This document shows, piece by piece, positions 8,048 to 17,098 of a stretch of 64,000 bases of DNA (position 1 is its first letter; every line of letters begins with the position of its first letter). This DNA is from an uncultured Bacilli bacterium (GTDB lineage Bacteria > Bacillota_I > Bacilli_A > RF39 > UBA660). Made by a program: the position numbers and the translations under genes. The DNA lies in contig CAKOSO010000001.1 in the NCBI GenBank assembly GCA_934102355.1, positions 7,695-71,694 on the forward strand. Reading direction: 5' to 3'. The notes below the pieces were generated by a model. That model did no database searches and was not told the DNA's origin. It saw only the letters and a list, made by a program, of their open reading frames with translations.

Positions 8048-8755
8048 ATGATTTATGCCATAGTAGGTCCAACCGGTGTTGGTAAAACTAAATTAAGCAT
8101 TGAACTTGCTAAAAGGATAAATGCTGAAATTATTAACTGTGATAGTATGCAAGTTTATAAAGAATTAAATATTGGTGTTGCCAAGATAAAGGAACAAGAA
8201 AAAGAGGGTATTGCACACCACTTATTTGATATCGTTAGTGTTGATGATGAATTTAATGCTTTTTTATATCAAGAAATAGGTAGAAAAGTTATAGATGATT
8301 TAATTAATAAACATAAAAATATCATCGTAGTAGGGGGGACAGGTTTATACCTTAAAGCTTTACTATATGATTATACTTTTAAATCTAATGATAGAAAAAA
8401 AAGACTCTATGACTTTAAATTAATTGCTCTAACTCGTGATAGAAATAAATTGTATGATGATATAAACAAAAGAGTAGATAAAATGATTGATGAAGGTCTT
8501 ATTGAAGAAGCTAAAGGCCTATACAATAAAAAGGATACTAAAGCATTAAAAACTGCAATAGGGTATAAAGAATTATTTCTATACTTTGATGGAATACTTA
8601 GTAAAGAAGACGCAATTAATAAAATAAAGCAAGTATCACGCAATTATGCTAAAAGACAATATACATTCTTTAAACATCAATTTGATAATGTTTCTTGGTA
8701 CGATGTTGATACATTAAGTATTAATGAAATAGTTAATGATATAATTAAAAAATAA
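8048..8755 (+). CDS. miaA: tRNA dimethylallyltransferase MiaA (short form, 235 aa)
   Basis: P-loop GPTGVGKT, motifs SMQVYKELNIGVAKI, HHLFDI and VGGTGLYLKAL. It appears translationally coupled to the upstream gene. Confidence 0.85.
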   Translation: MIYAIVGPTGVGKTKLSIELAKRINAEIINCDSMQVYKELNIGVAKIKEQEKEGIAHHLFDIVSVDDEFNAFLYQEIGRKVIDDLINKHKNIIVVGGTGLYLKALLYDYTFKSNDRKKRLYDFKLIALTRDRNKLYDDINKRVDKMIDEGLIEEAKGLYNKKDTKALKTAIGYKELFLYFDGILSKEDAINKIKQVSRNYAKRQYTFFKHQFDNVSWYDVDTLSINEIVNDIIKK

Positions 8756-8772
8756 AAGACCATTAGGTCTTT

Positions 8773-9696
8773 TTAAATTTCTAAAAATACTTCTTCATTA
8801 TAATTATGCTCTTGGTCATTATAACTTTTTAATGTTTTATCTGTTATTAAAAAATAATCATAACCCAAAAGATCTTCATTTGTATTTGTAACAGGATCAT
8901 CCCAGGTAACATCTAGATGGTACCAAGAATTATTAACAAACACCAAATTCCAGATATGATTTTCACTTGAAATTTGATAATTATTAATATTAAGTTTATT
9001 TAAAAATATCGCCATAAGATCTGTGTATGCATTACAAGTTCCATATCCAGAATATAATATGTCATAAGCATTACTATAATTATCTTTATCAACTGTTGTG
9101 TCTTTTATATATTTACTATTATTTATTATATAATCATGAATTAATTTAATTTTATTTTTTTCACTCATATTTTTATCAATATTATTATTTATAAAATTAT
9201 CCACTATCTCATTTATATAATTAATTTCTTCTTGAGTATAATTTTTATCAATAGTTACATTTACTTTTCCGTATGATGAATAGTTTACTGATAGATATTT
9301 ATATGTATTATATGGATGAACAAAATTATTAATATAATACAAATTATCATCATCTTTTAACAATTCACTGATGTCATTTGTACATTCAGTATACTTGCTA
9401 TCACAGTAAAAAGTAAAATCATTTACTCCAGAATTTACAATTGTATATAAGATATTCATTAAATGCTTTTTATCTTTTGCTATAAAATCATCTGTATCTT
9501 GTAAGTATAAATAATTATATTTTTTATGGATTTCTTCATTTATATCTTCTTTATTTATTTTAACGTTTTTAGTTTCTTGAAATATATTATCCCTAAAAAA
9601 CAATACAACTTGATCTCTTTCTTTATATAAAAAGAAAATAAAAAAACAAAAACCTACAAAAAACAAAAGCTTTATTAATGCTTTTAATACTTTCAT
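8773..9696 (-). CDS. Transglutaminase-like cysteine protease domain membrane protein
   Basis: N-terminal TM. A Cys/His/Asp triad context is present: GYGTCNAYTDLMAIF, ENHIWNLVFV, HLDVTWDDP. Confidence 0.7.
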   Translation of the reverse strand: MKVLKALIKLLFFVGFCFFIFFLYKERDQVVLFFRDNIFQETKNVKINKEDINEEIHKKYNYLYLQDTDDFIAKDKKHLMNILYTIVNSGVNDFTFYCDSKYTECTNDISELLKDDDNLYYINNFVHPYNTYKYLSVNYSSYGKVNVTIDKNYTQEEINYINEIVDNFINNNIDKNMSEKNKIKLIHDYIINNSKYIKDTTVDKDNYSNAYDILYSGYGTCNAYTDLMAIFLNKLNINNYQISSENHIWNLVFVNNSWYHLDVTWDDPVTNTNEDLLGYDYFLITDKTLKSYNDQEHNYNEEVFLEI

Positions 9697-9711
9697 ATGA
9701 TCACCAGTTTA

Positions 9712-9750
9712 ATTTTAACAAAAAAAAATAAAGTAAGCAATTATTACTTT
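9712..9750 (-). terminator. rpsT terminator (minus strand)
   Basis: Stem aaagtaa/ttacttt with a 7-nt loop, followed on the minus strand by a T9 run. Confidence 0.5.
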
Positions 9751-10007
9751 ATTTCATTAACTGAACTCATTAATTTTGATTTATCACGAGCTGCTTTGTT
9801 TTTATGAACTAATCCAGATGAAACAGCTTTGTCGATTTTTTTGACAGCATCTTTCATGCAAAGAGTTGCTTGTTCTTTATTTCCGTTTTTAACTTCTGCT
9901 TTTGTCTTTTTAATTGCAGTTCTCATACTTGAGATCTTATCCCTATTTGTAACTTTTTTAACTGCATCTGTTTTTACTCTTTTTTTTGCACTTTTGATAT
10001 TTGGCAT
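9744..10007 (-). CDS. rpsT: 30S ribosomal protein S20
   Basis: MPNIKSAKKRVKT... lysine-rich, 87 aa. This is the classic S20 N-terminus. Confidence 0.9.
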   Translation of the reverse strand: MPNIKSAKKRVKTDAVKKVTNRDKISSMRTAIKKTKAEVKNGNKEQATLCMKDAVKKIDKAVSSGLVHKNKAARDKSKLMSSVNEIK

Positions 10008-10146
10008 GATTTCACCTCACTTTTTTAACAATACTAATTCTAACAAAAAAGTATTTAAAAATCAAATAAATTTTACATATTTATTAAAAAATACGTTAAA
10101 AAGCATTAATTATGCCTTTTTATACATAATAATACTGGTGAAATAT

Positions 10147-11175
10147 ATGCGAGAAATTGATTTAAAAAATATAAAAATTAGAACTGATTTAGTTGCAGAT
10201 ATTCTAACTTCTTCTGAAATAGACAACAGTAACTATGAAAATACTTATGAAGAAAACAATATTAAAGTAAGTAATATTAAACTTGATGAAGAAGCATCAC
10301 ATATTCTTTCAAAAGATGTAGGGGATTATACTACTATATTTTTTAATGATATAACTGATCACACAAATTTTAAAAATCTAAAAAAAGTTTTAATAAAAGA
10401 ACTAGAAAAATTATATATCAGTGAAAGATTAGATAATTCTAAAGAAGGTTTAATAATAGGTCTTGGTAATGCAAAGTCAACTCCAGATTCTTTGGGCCCT
10501 AAAGTTATTGATCTTATTATTTCAACTAAACATATATATGATCTTACTAATAGTTTAGAAGAAGGATACTCAGTTATTTCTAAAATTGCACCTGGAGTAA
10601 TGGGCGAATCAGGAATTGAAACTAGTGATATTATTAGTGGTATTGTAGAAAGAATAAAACCAGATTATCTAATATTAATTGATGCTCTTGCAAGTGATTC
10701 TATTGATAGAGTTTGCAAAACAATTCAACTTACTAATACCGGTATAAGCCCAGGAAGTGGAATAGGAAACAAAAGAAAAGAAATAAAAAAATCTACATTT
10801 GACATACCAGTTATTGCAATAGGGGTTCCAACCGTTGTTGATGCTACAACAGTTGTACTTGATACAATTGATTTTATGATGAAACATTTTAGCTATAATT
10901 TGAATAATAAAAATAGCATAGACAAATTAATACCTAATTCTATGAATAATTATTTAAGAGTAAAAAATATCCCATTAAAAAATGAAGAAAGAGAATTCTT
11001 TTTAGGCGCATTTGGTACGCTTTCTAATTTTGAAAAAAAAGCTCTAATCTATGATGTATTAACACCAATTGGATATAATCTTATGGTTACACCAAAAGAA
11101 ATTGATTTTGATATTTTAAATTTGTCTAAATTGATCGGAGAAAGTATTAATGAAGTTGTTCATGATATTAAATAG
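10147..11175 (+). CDS. gpr: Germination protease GPR (spore protease that degrades SASPs)
   Basis: N-terminus M-REIDLKNIKIRTDLVAD, which is GPR-like. Conserved core GLGNAKSTPDSLGPKV...IDALAS. RBS GGTGAAATAT. The tracked ORF start at 9829 is an out-of-context extension that overlaps rpsT on the opposite strand. Confidence 0.85.
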   Translation: MREIDLKNIKIRTDLVADILTSSEIDNSNYENTYEENNIKVSNIKLDEEASHILSKDVGDYTTIFFNDITDHTNFKNLKKVLIKELEKLYISERLDNSKEGLIIGLGNAKSTPDSLGPKVIDLIISTKHIYDLTNSLEEGYSVISKIAPGVMGESGIETSDIISGIVERIKPDYLILIDALASDSIDRVCKTIQLTNTGISPGSGIGNKRKEIKKSTFDIPVIAIGVPTVVDATTVVLDTIDFMMKHFSYNLNNKNSIDKLIPNSMNNYLRVKNIPLKNEEREFFLGAFGTLSNFEKKALIYDVLTPIGYNLMVTPKEIDFDILNLSKLIGESINEVVHDIK

Positions 11176-11224
11176 TGACAAAAAACTTTAATCTTTAATG
11201 TTATCTTTTAAAAAAGGTGATTTT

Positions 11225-12082
11225 ATGAAAAAGATTAAAGTTTTATTTTTTTGTTTAGTAATTATTCTGTCCATAATCTTTATAGGAAAAGGTATTACTA
11301 TGCATGCTTTTACCAAAGTCTTTCGTAACATGTTTGAAAGTAACAATAATTATATGATTGAAGAATTATATAATGGTGTTTCATCAAGAAATTCTTCGCA
11401 ACTTGAAATTAATGCAGATTCTAAACCAGATGTTATTAATGTTGTAAAAAATGTTGATCAACAAGAAGAAAATACATCTCTTCCTTTAGTTTATATTTAT
11501 AATACTCATCAAAAAGAAGAATATGCTTTATCTAGTAGTAGTCCTTATAGCATTAAACCAACTGTTTATACAGCAAGTTATATCTTAAAAAGTGAACTAG
11601 GAAGTGTTGGTATTTCATCTATTGTTGAAGATAGAGATGTTATAAAAACATTAAAGGAATTAAAACAAGCGTATCCTTACACTTATGTTATAACTGAAGG
11701 ATATTTACATGAAGTAAAAGAAAAATACAAAAGTATAAAATATTTTATAGACATACATAGAGATGGGGCAGCAAAATCTGTTACTACTATTGAAATTAAT
11801 GGTAAAAGTTATGCTAAGATGATGTTTGTTCTAGGAGGAAATAGAAATAATTATGATGAAAATATTAAAAAAGTAAACCTCATAAGAGAATATTTAGATA
11901 AAAATTATCCGGGACTTTTAAGAAATAATTATTTCGTTAAAGAATATAATTATAACCAAAGTATTGATAATGGAGTATTTTTAATAGAAGTTGGTGCCCA
12001 AGAAAACACTTTAAGCGAAATATATAATTCATTAAAAGCTTTATCCTTAGCTTTTAAGTATTTGGAGGAAAATGATGAGTAA
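11225..12082 (+). CDS. spoIIP: Stage II sporulation protein P (engulfment PG hydrolase)
   Basis: RBS AAAGGTGA. N-terminal TM. Conserved YIYNTHQKEEY and IDIHRDG motifs. The gpr-spoIIP synteny is conserved. Confidence 0.8.
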   Translation: MKKIKVLFFCLVIILSIIFIGKGITMHAFTKVFRNMFESNNNYMIEELYNGVSSRNSSQLEINADSKPDVINVVKNVDQQEENTSLPLVYIYNTHQKEEYALSSSSPYSIKPTVYTASYILKSELGSVGISSIVEDRDVIKTLKELKQAYPYTYVITEGYLHEVKEKYKSIKYFIDIHRDGAAKSVTTIEINGKSYAKMMFVLGGNRNNYDENIKKVNLIREYLDKNYPGLLRNNYFVKEYNYNQSIDNGVFLIEVGAQENTLSEIYNSLKALSLAFKYLEENDE

Positions 12083-12398
12083 AGAAAAGATACTTAAATT
12101 TTTATTTATATGTGTTTTAGTACTATTTCTTGGTCTTTTATTTGCTGAATCTAGTGGATATTATAAAATTAAAACTACACGTGTTAAAGAACTTACAGAA
12201 GAACAGATTAAAGCATTTGAAGAAGATATAGCAAATGGTAAAGATGTTGATATTAAAGATTATCTTGAATATGATAATGTTGATTATTCCAATAAATTAT
12301 CAAGTGGTATTTATAAACTATCATTAAGATTAGAGAAAGCTGTTGATAGCACTATTAAATATATCTTCAATAGTGCAGAAAAACTTGTTGTAGATTAG
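12072..12398 (+). CDS. YqxA-like small membrane protein
   Basis: 108 aa with an N-terminal TM. It overlaps the spoIIP stop. Its position matches yqxA in the Bacillus gpr-spoIIP-yqxA arrangement. Confidence 0.4.
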   Translation: MMSKEKILKFLFICVLVLFLGLLFAESSGYYKIKTTRVKELTEEQIKAFEEDIANGKDVDIKDYLEYDNVDYSNKLSSGIYKLSLRLEKAVDSTIKYIFNSAEKLVVD

Positions 12399-12428
12399 TT
12401 TTAATAGTATAATTTAATTGGTGATATT

Positions 12429-13361
12429 ATGAAAGACAAAAAAGTTGTTTTTATGGGAAGCCCTGAATTTAGTCTTCCTGTTTTAGAATATTTAATTGAA
12501 AATACAAATGTTATTGGTGTTGTAACGCAACCAGATAAAGAGGTTGGAAGAAAAAGAATTTTAACTCCACCACCAGTAAAGGTTATGGCACTTGAAAATA
12601 ATTTAAAAGTATTACAACCAGTAAAGTTAAGAACTGATTATAAATGCATTATTGATTTAGAACCTGATGTTATAGTTACCTGCGCTTATGGACAAATTCT
12701 TCCATTTGAACTTCTTGATTATCCAAAATATAAAACTATAAATGTTCATGCTTCATTATTACCTAAATATAGAGGTGGTGCTCCAATTCATCATGCAATA
12801 TTAAATGGAGAACATGAAACTGGAATTACTATTATGAGAACGGATAAAGGTATGGATAGTGGAGACATTATTGGAAAAGAAGTTTTAAAAATTAATGATA
12901 ATGATACTTATGATACAGTAAACAAATCTTTAAGTGAACTTGGTGCAAAATCTCTTGCAAAATATTTACCTAAAGTTTTTGATGGCACAGCATCATATGA
13001 AAAACAAGACGATAGTCTAGTAACTTATGCATATGTCATAAAAAGAGAAGATGAAAAACTAAATTTTAATGATAATACCATAAACGTATATAATAAGATA
13101 AGAGCTTTATCTAGTATACCTTCAGCTTATGCAATACTAGATAATGAAGAAGTTAAAATATACAATTCTAAAATAGGAAATAGTAAGCCTTCCACCCCAG
13201 GCAAAATAACAAATATATATAAAGATGGTATTGGAGTTTCTACATTAGACGGAGAAATAATCATTACTGACTTAAAGGTATTTGGCAAAAAAAGAATGCT
13301 TGCTAAGGACTATTTAAATGGAGTTGACAAAGAAAAACTCTTACATAAAAGCTTTGAATAG
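12429..13361 (+). CDS. fmt: Methionyl-tRNA formyltransferase
   Basis: N-terminus VVFMGSPEFSLPVL, motifs NVHASLLPKYRGGAPI and HETGITIM. 310 aa. RBS GGTGAT. Confidence 0.85.
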   Translation: MKDKKVVFMGSPEFSLPVLEYLIENTNVIGVVTQPDKEVGRKRILTPPPVKVMALENNLKVLQPVKLRTDYKCIIDLEPDVIVTCAYGQILPFELLDYPKYKTINVHASLLPKYRGGAPIHHAILNGEHETGITIMRTDKGMDSGDIIGKEVLKINDNDTYDTVNKSLSELGAKSLAKYLPKVFDGTASYEKQDDSLVTYAYVIKREDEKLNFNDNTINVYNKIRALSSIPSAYAILDNEEVKIYNSKIGNSKPSTPGKITNIYKDGIGVSTLDGEIIITDLKVFGKKRMLAKDYLNGVDKEKLLHKSFE

Positions 13362-13392
13362 TGGTATTTTTAATACCATTTTTTATTTTTCT
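13362..13392 (+). terminator. fmt terminator
   Basis: Stem tggtatt/aatacca with a 3-nt loop, followed by a T-rich run. Confidence 0.5.
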
Positions 13393-13422
13393 AAAAACTT
13401 TAAAAAAATTAGCAGGAATAAC

Positions 13423-13451
13423 TTGACATTGCTAATGCATACTATTATAAT
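13423..13451 (+). promoter_or_regulatory. Perfect consensus sigmaA promoter TTGACA-N17-TATAAT of the hrcA operon
   Basis: TTGACA at 13423-28, an exact 17-nt spacer, TATAAT at 13446-51. Confidence 0.7.
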
Positions 13452-13455
13452 GTAT

Positions 13456-13482
13456 TTAGCACTAGAAAAATAGGAGTGCTAA
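13456..13482 (+). promoter_or_regulatory. CIRCE operator (HrcA binding site)
   Basis: TTAGCACTa-N9-GAGTGCTAA. There is one mismatch to the consensus TTAGCACTC-N9-GAGTGCTAA. It lies between the -10 and the hrcA RBS. Confidence 0.85.
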
Positions 13483-13496
13483 TTTAGGAGGATGAT

Positions 13497-14495
13497 ATGC
13501 TAACTACAAGACAAAGTAAGATATTAGAACTTATTGTTAAAGAGTATGTAAAAAACGTTACACCAGTTAGTTCTAAACTTTTATGTGAACAGCTTGGTTG
13601 CTCTAGTGCAACAATAAGAAATGAAATGTCAGCTTTGGAAGAACTTGGTTTTTTGGAAAAAACACACATCTCTTCTGGTAGGGTGCCAAGTGAAGATGGA
13701 TATAGATATTATGTTGATAATCTAATGAATCCAAAAAACATGAGTGGAGATGACATGTTAAAACTTCAAATAATATTTAACAATAATAAACTTGAATTAA
13801 ATGATTATTTGAAAAAAAGCTTAGAAATCATTGCTGAGATAACTAATTATACATCTGTAGTATTAGGAACTGATTCTAATGAAAATAAGTTACAAAAAGT
13901 AGAAGTACTTCCTCTTGGAGAAGATAAAGCTATAGCAATAGTTGTAACTGATAAAGGTCATGTGGAACATAAACCTATGAATATTCATGGAGTTTCAGTA
14001 AAAGATATTGAAAAAACAGTAGAACTTATAAATAAGTTACTTGTTGGAACTCCGATAGATGAGGTAAATAAAAAACTAGAGTTTGAAGTAAAACCAATAA
14101 TTAATCAATATGTAGCACAACATGATGCTATATATAATGCATTTTATAATGTATTCAATGAGTTTTCATTTCAACATGATGTATCAGTTGTAGGAAAAAA
14201 TAATATATTAAAGCAACCTGAATTTAGTAGTGTAGAAAAGATTAGAAAAATATTTGAAAAGCTAGAAGACAAAGATTTATTAAGTGATATAAAAGAAGAT
14301 AATAAAGATATTAGTATATATATAGGAAAAGAATCTAATTTAGATGATGATGTAACTATTATTAAAACTAAATATAGGGTTGATGGCGAAGATAAAACTA
14401 TTGCAATAATAGGCCCTAAAAGAATGGAATATGAAAGAATAGTTTCAATGCTTGAATATATAAAAAATAATATAGAGGAAAAAAGTAATGAATGA
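13497..14495 (+). CDS. hrcA: Heat-inducible transcription repressor HrcA
   Basis: N-terminal winged-HTH region (MLTTRQSKILELIVKEYV...PVSSK). 332 aa. It sits first in the grpE-dnaK-dnaJ operon. RBS AGGAGG. Confidence 0.9.
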   Translation: MLTTRQSKILELIVKEYVKNVTPVSSKLLCEQLGCSSATIRNEMSALEELGFLEKTHISSGRVPSEDGYRYYVDNLMNPKNMSGDDMLKLQIIFNNNKLELNDYLKKSLEIIAEITNYTSVVLGTDSNENKLQKVEVLPLGEDKAIAIVVTDKGHVEHKPMNIHGVSVKDIEKTVELINKLLVGTPIDEVNKKLEFEVKPIINQYVAQHDAIYNAFYNVFNEFSFQHDVSVVGKNNILKQPEFSSVEKIRKIFEKLEDKDLLSDIKEDNKDISIYIGKESNLDDDVTIIKTKYRVDGEDKTIAIIGPKRMEYERIVSMLEYIKNNIEEKSNE

Positions 14496-14727
14496 TTGTG
14501 ATAGAAGAGTAAAAATACTATTTTCAATGTTAGTCTATTTTAATGAAACTTCAAATTTAGATCAAAAGATAAAAGATATATACATTGAAGAAATAGTCTA
14601 TGAAGTTGAAAAAGAATTGCGTAGAATAAAGAAATATATTCAACCAGCCAAATATGTAAGATATTATGATCTTTTAGGTAGATATAAGAAAGGAGCTAAT
14701 GGTAGTGGAAGAAGTAGCAAAGGATGA
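14488..14727 (+). CDS. Possible small ORF (79 aa) bridging hrcA and grpE. It may be spurious.
   Basis: An ATG with GAGGA 8 nt upstream. It overlaps the hrcA stop by 8 nt and the grpE start by 29 nt. No recognisable domain. Confidence 0.25.
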   Translation: MNDCDRRVKILFSMLVYFNETSNLDQKIKDIYIEEIVYEVEKELRRIKKYIQPAKYVRYYDLLGRYKKGANGSGRSSKG

Positions 14728-15241
14728 AAAAAAGAAGATTAAAAAATCTGATGAGATAAAAGAATTACAACAAAGAAATACAGAACTAGAAGAAGAGGTT
14801 CTTCGTGCTAAAGCTGATCTAATTAATTATAGAAAAAGAAAAGACGAAGAAACTTCTAATATGATAAAGTTTGCTAATGCTGAATTTATTAATAAGATAT
14901 TACCAGTGTTAGATAACTTCGAAAGAGCAATGCCAAAGGATGAGAATAGTGTATCTCCTGAGTTTAAGAATTATTTAAGCGGATTTAAACTGATATATAA
15001 TTCATTTAAGGAGATCTTAGAATCTAATGGTGTTAAAGAAATTGAGGTTTTAAATAAACCTTTTGATGCAAAAGTTGCAAATTGTGTATTTACAGAAGAG
15101 CATTCTGATATCGAAAATGATATAGTTATTGAAGTTTTCACTAAAGGATATACATATTATGACAAGATATTAAGATGCGCATCTGTTAAAGTTAATAAAA
15201 ATGAAAATAATAATATAAAGGAGAATGATAAAAATGAGTAA
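14699..15241 (+). CDS. grpE: Nucleotide exchange factor GrpE
   Basis: Coiled-coil N-terminus ([26 protein letters not shown]) and a GrpE core ([11 protein letters not shown]). Its end overlaps the dnaK start. Confidence 0.85.
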   Translation: MVVEEVAKDEKKKIKKSDEIKELQQRNTELEEEVLRAKADLINYRKRKDEETSNMIKFANAEFINKILPVLDNFERAMPKDENSVSPEFKNYLSGFKLIYNSFKEILESNGVKEIEVLNKPFDAKVANCVFTEEHSDIENDIVIEVFTKGYTYYDKILRCASVKVNKNENNNIKENDKNE

Positions 15242-17036
15242 AATTATAGGTATAGATTTAGGTACAACAAATAGTTGTGTTGCTGTTTTGGAAGCAGGTG
15301 AAGCCAAAGTAATTCCAAATCCAGAAGGAAATAGAACTACTCCTTCAATCGTTGCTTTTAAAAATGGCGAAATGTTAGTTGGAGATGTTGCAAAGCGTCA
15401 AGCTGAAACAAATCCAAATACTAAAAGAAGTATTAAAAGATTAATGGGTACAAAAGAAAAGACTAAACTTGAAGGCAAAGAATATACACCAGAAGAGATT
15501 AGTGCTATGATTTTGGGAGACTTAAAGAAAACTGCAGAAGCTTACCTTGGAGAAAAAGTTACTAAAGCTGTAATTACAGTTCCAGCATACTTTAATGATG
15601 CACAACGTCAAGCTACTAAAAATGCTGGTAAGATAGCAGGCCTAGAAGTTGAAAGAATTATTAATGAACCAACTGCTGCTGCATTAGCTTATGGTCTTGA
15701 TAAACAAGATAAAATGCAAACTATCTTAGTTTACGACTTAGGTGGTGGAACATTTGACGTTTCTATCCTTGAATTAGGTGAAGGTGTATTTGAAGTTAAA
15801 TCTACTAGTGGTAATAACCATTTAGGTGGAGATGACTTCGATGAAGTATTAGTAAATTATGTTGCTTCTGAATTCAAAAAACAAAATGGAGTTGACTTAT
15901 TAAAAGATAAACTTGCTGTTCAAAGATTAAAAGAAGCATGCGAAAAAGCTAAGAAAGATTTAAGTGGTGTAACTACTGCGCAAATTTCTTGTCCATTTAT
16001 AACTCAAGGTGCTGATGGACCACTTCACTTAGATATGACAATTACACGTGCTAAGTTTGAAGACTTAATTAGAGATTTAGTTGATTCTACTCTTGAACCA
16101 GTTAAAAAAGCTCTTAAAGATGCTAAAATGACAAAAGATGATATTGATCAAGTAATTTTAGTTGGTGGCTCAACTCGTATCCCAATGGTACAAGAACTTG
16201 TTAAGAAAGAGTTAGGCAAAGAACCAAATAAATCTGTTAACCCAGACGAAGTTGTTGCAATGGGTGCTGCAATTCAAGGTGGTGTGTTAACTGGTGATGT
16301 AAATGACATCGTTTTACTAGATGTAACACCATTATCACTTGGTATTGAAACTCTTGGTAATGTAATGACTGTATTAATTCCAAGAAATACAACTATTCCA
16401 ACTTCAAAATCACAAGTGTTCTCAACTGCCCAAGATAATCAACCAGCCGTAGACATCCATGTATTACAAGGTGAAAGACCAATGGCTGCAGATAATAAAA
16501 CTCTTGGTAGATTCCAACTTACTGATATCGTTCCAGCTCCACGTGGAGTACCTCAAATTGAAGTTAAATTTGATATTGATGCAAATGGTATCGTAAATGT
16601 TACTGCTAAAGATTTAGGAACTAATAAAGAACAAAAAATAACTATTACTTCAAATACAACATTATCTGAAGATGAAATCGATAAGATGGTAAAAGATGCT
16701 GAAGCAAATAGAGAAGCAGATAATAAACGTAAAGAAAAAGCAGATGCTAAAAATGAAGCTGAACAAATGATTTTCCAAACTGAAAAAGCTATTAAAGATC
16801 TTGGAGATAAAATAGATGAAAAAGAAAAATCAGAAGCTGAAGAAGCTATCGAAGATTTAAAGAAAGCATTAGAAAGTGATAATGTAGAAGATATTAAATC
16901 TAAATGTTCTAAATTACAAGAAAAAACATATGCTTTAGCTGCAAAAGTTTATCAACAACAAGCTCCACAACAAGAAGCTGGTAAAGATGAACCTAAAACT
17001 GATGATGTTAAAGAAGCACAATACGAAGAAAAATAA
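15234..17036 (+). CDS. dnaK: Chaperone DnaK (Hsp70)
   Basis: [22 protein letters not shown] and the rest of the family's motifs are present. The RBS AAGGAG sits 10 nt upstream of the ATG at 15234. Confidence 0.95.
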   Translation: MSKIIGIDLGTTNSCVAVLEAGEAKVIPNPEGNRTTPSIVAFKNGEMLVGDVAKRQAETNPNTKRSIKRLMGTKEKTKLEGKEYTPEEISAMILGDLKKTAEAYLGEKVTKAVITVPAYFNDAQRQATKNAGKIAGLEVERIINEPTAAALAYGLDKQDKMQTILVYDLGGGTFDVSILELGEGVFEVKSTSGNNHLGGDDFDEVLVNYVASEFKKQNGVDLLKDKLAVQRLKEACEKAKKDLSGVTTAQISCPFITQGADGPLHLDMTITRAKFEDLIRDLVDSTLEPVKKALKDAKMTKDDIDQVILVGGSTRIPMVQELVKKELGKEPNKSVNPDEVVAMGAAIQGGVLTGDVNDIVLLDVTPLSLGIETLGNVMTVLIPRNTTIPTSKSQVFSTAQDNQPAVDIHVLQGERPMAADNKTLGRFQLTDIVPAPRGVPQIEVKFDIDANGIVNVTAKDLGTNKEQKITITSNTTLSEDEIDKMVKDAEANREADNKRKEKADAKNEAEQMIFQTEKAIKDLGDKIDEKEKSEAEEAIEDLKKALESDNVEDIKSKCSKLQEKTYALAAKVYQQQAPQQEAGKDEPKTDDVKEAQYEEK

Positions 17037-17057
17037 TAATTAAAATAAATAATAATA

Positions 17058-17086
17058 GAAGTCCTTAATTGGACTTCTATATTTTA
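17058..17086 (+). terminator. Terminator after dnaK
   Basis: Stem gaagtcc/ggacttc with loop ttaatt, followed by tatatttt. Confidence 0.6.
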
Positions 17087-17098
17087 AAGGAGAAAATA

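Noticed and set aside
9829-10146. 5' extension of the gpr ORF, a hydrophobic 106-aa leader overlapping rpsT on the opposite strand
   Set aside because: It is an antisense shadow of rpsT. GPR homology begins at the M-REIDLK start at 10147, which has its own RBS.
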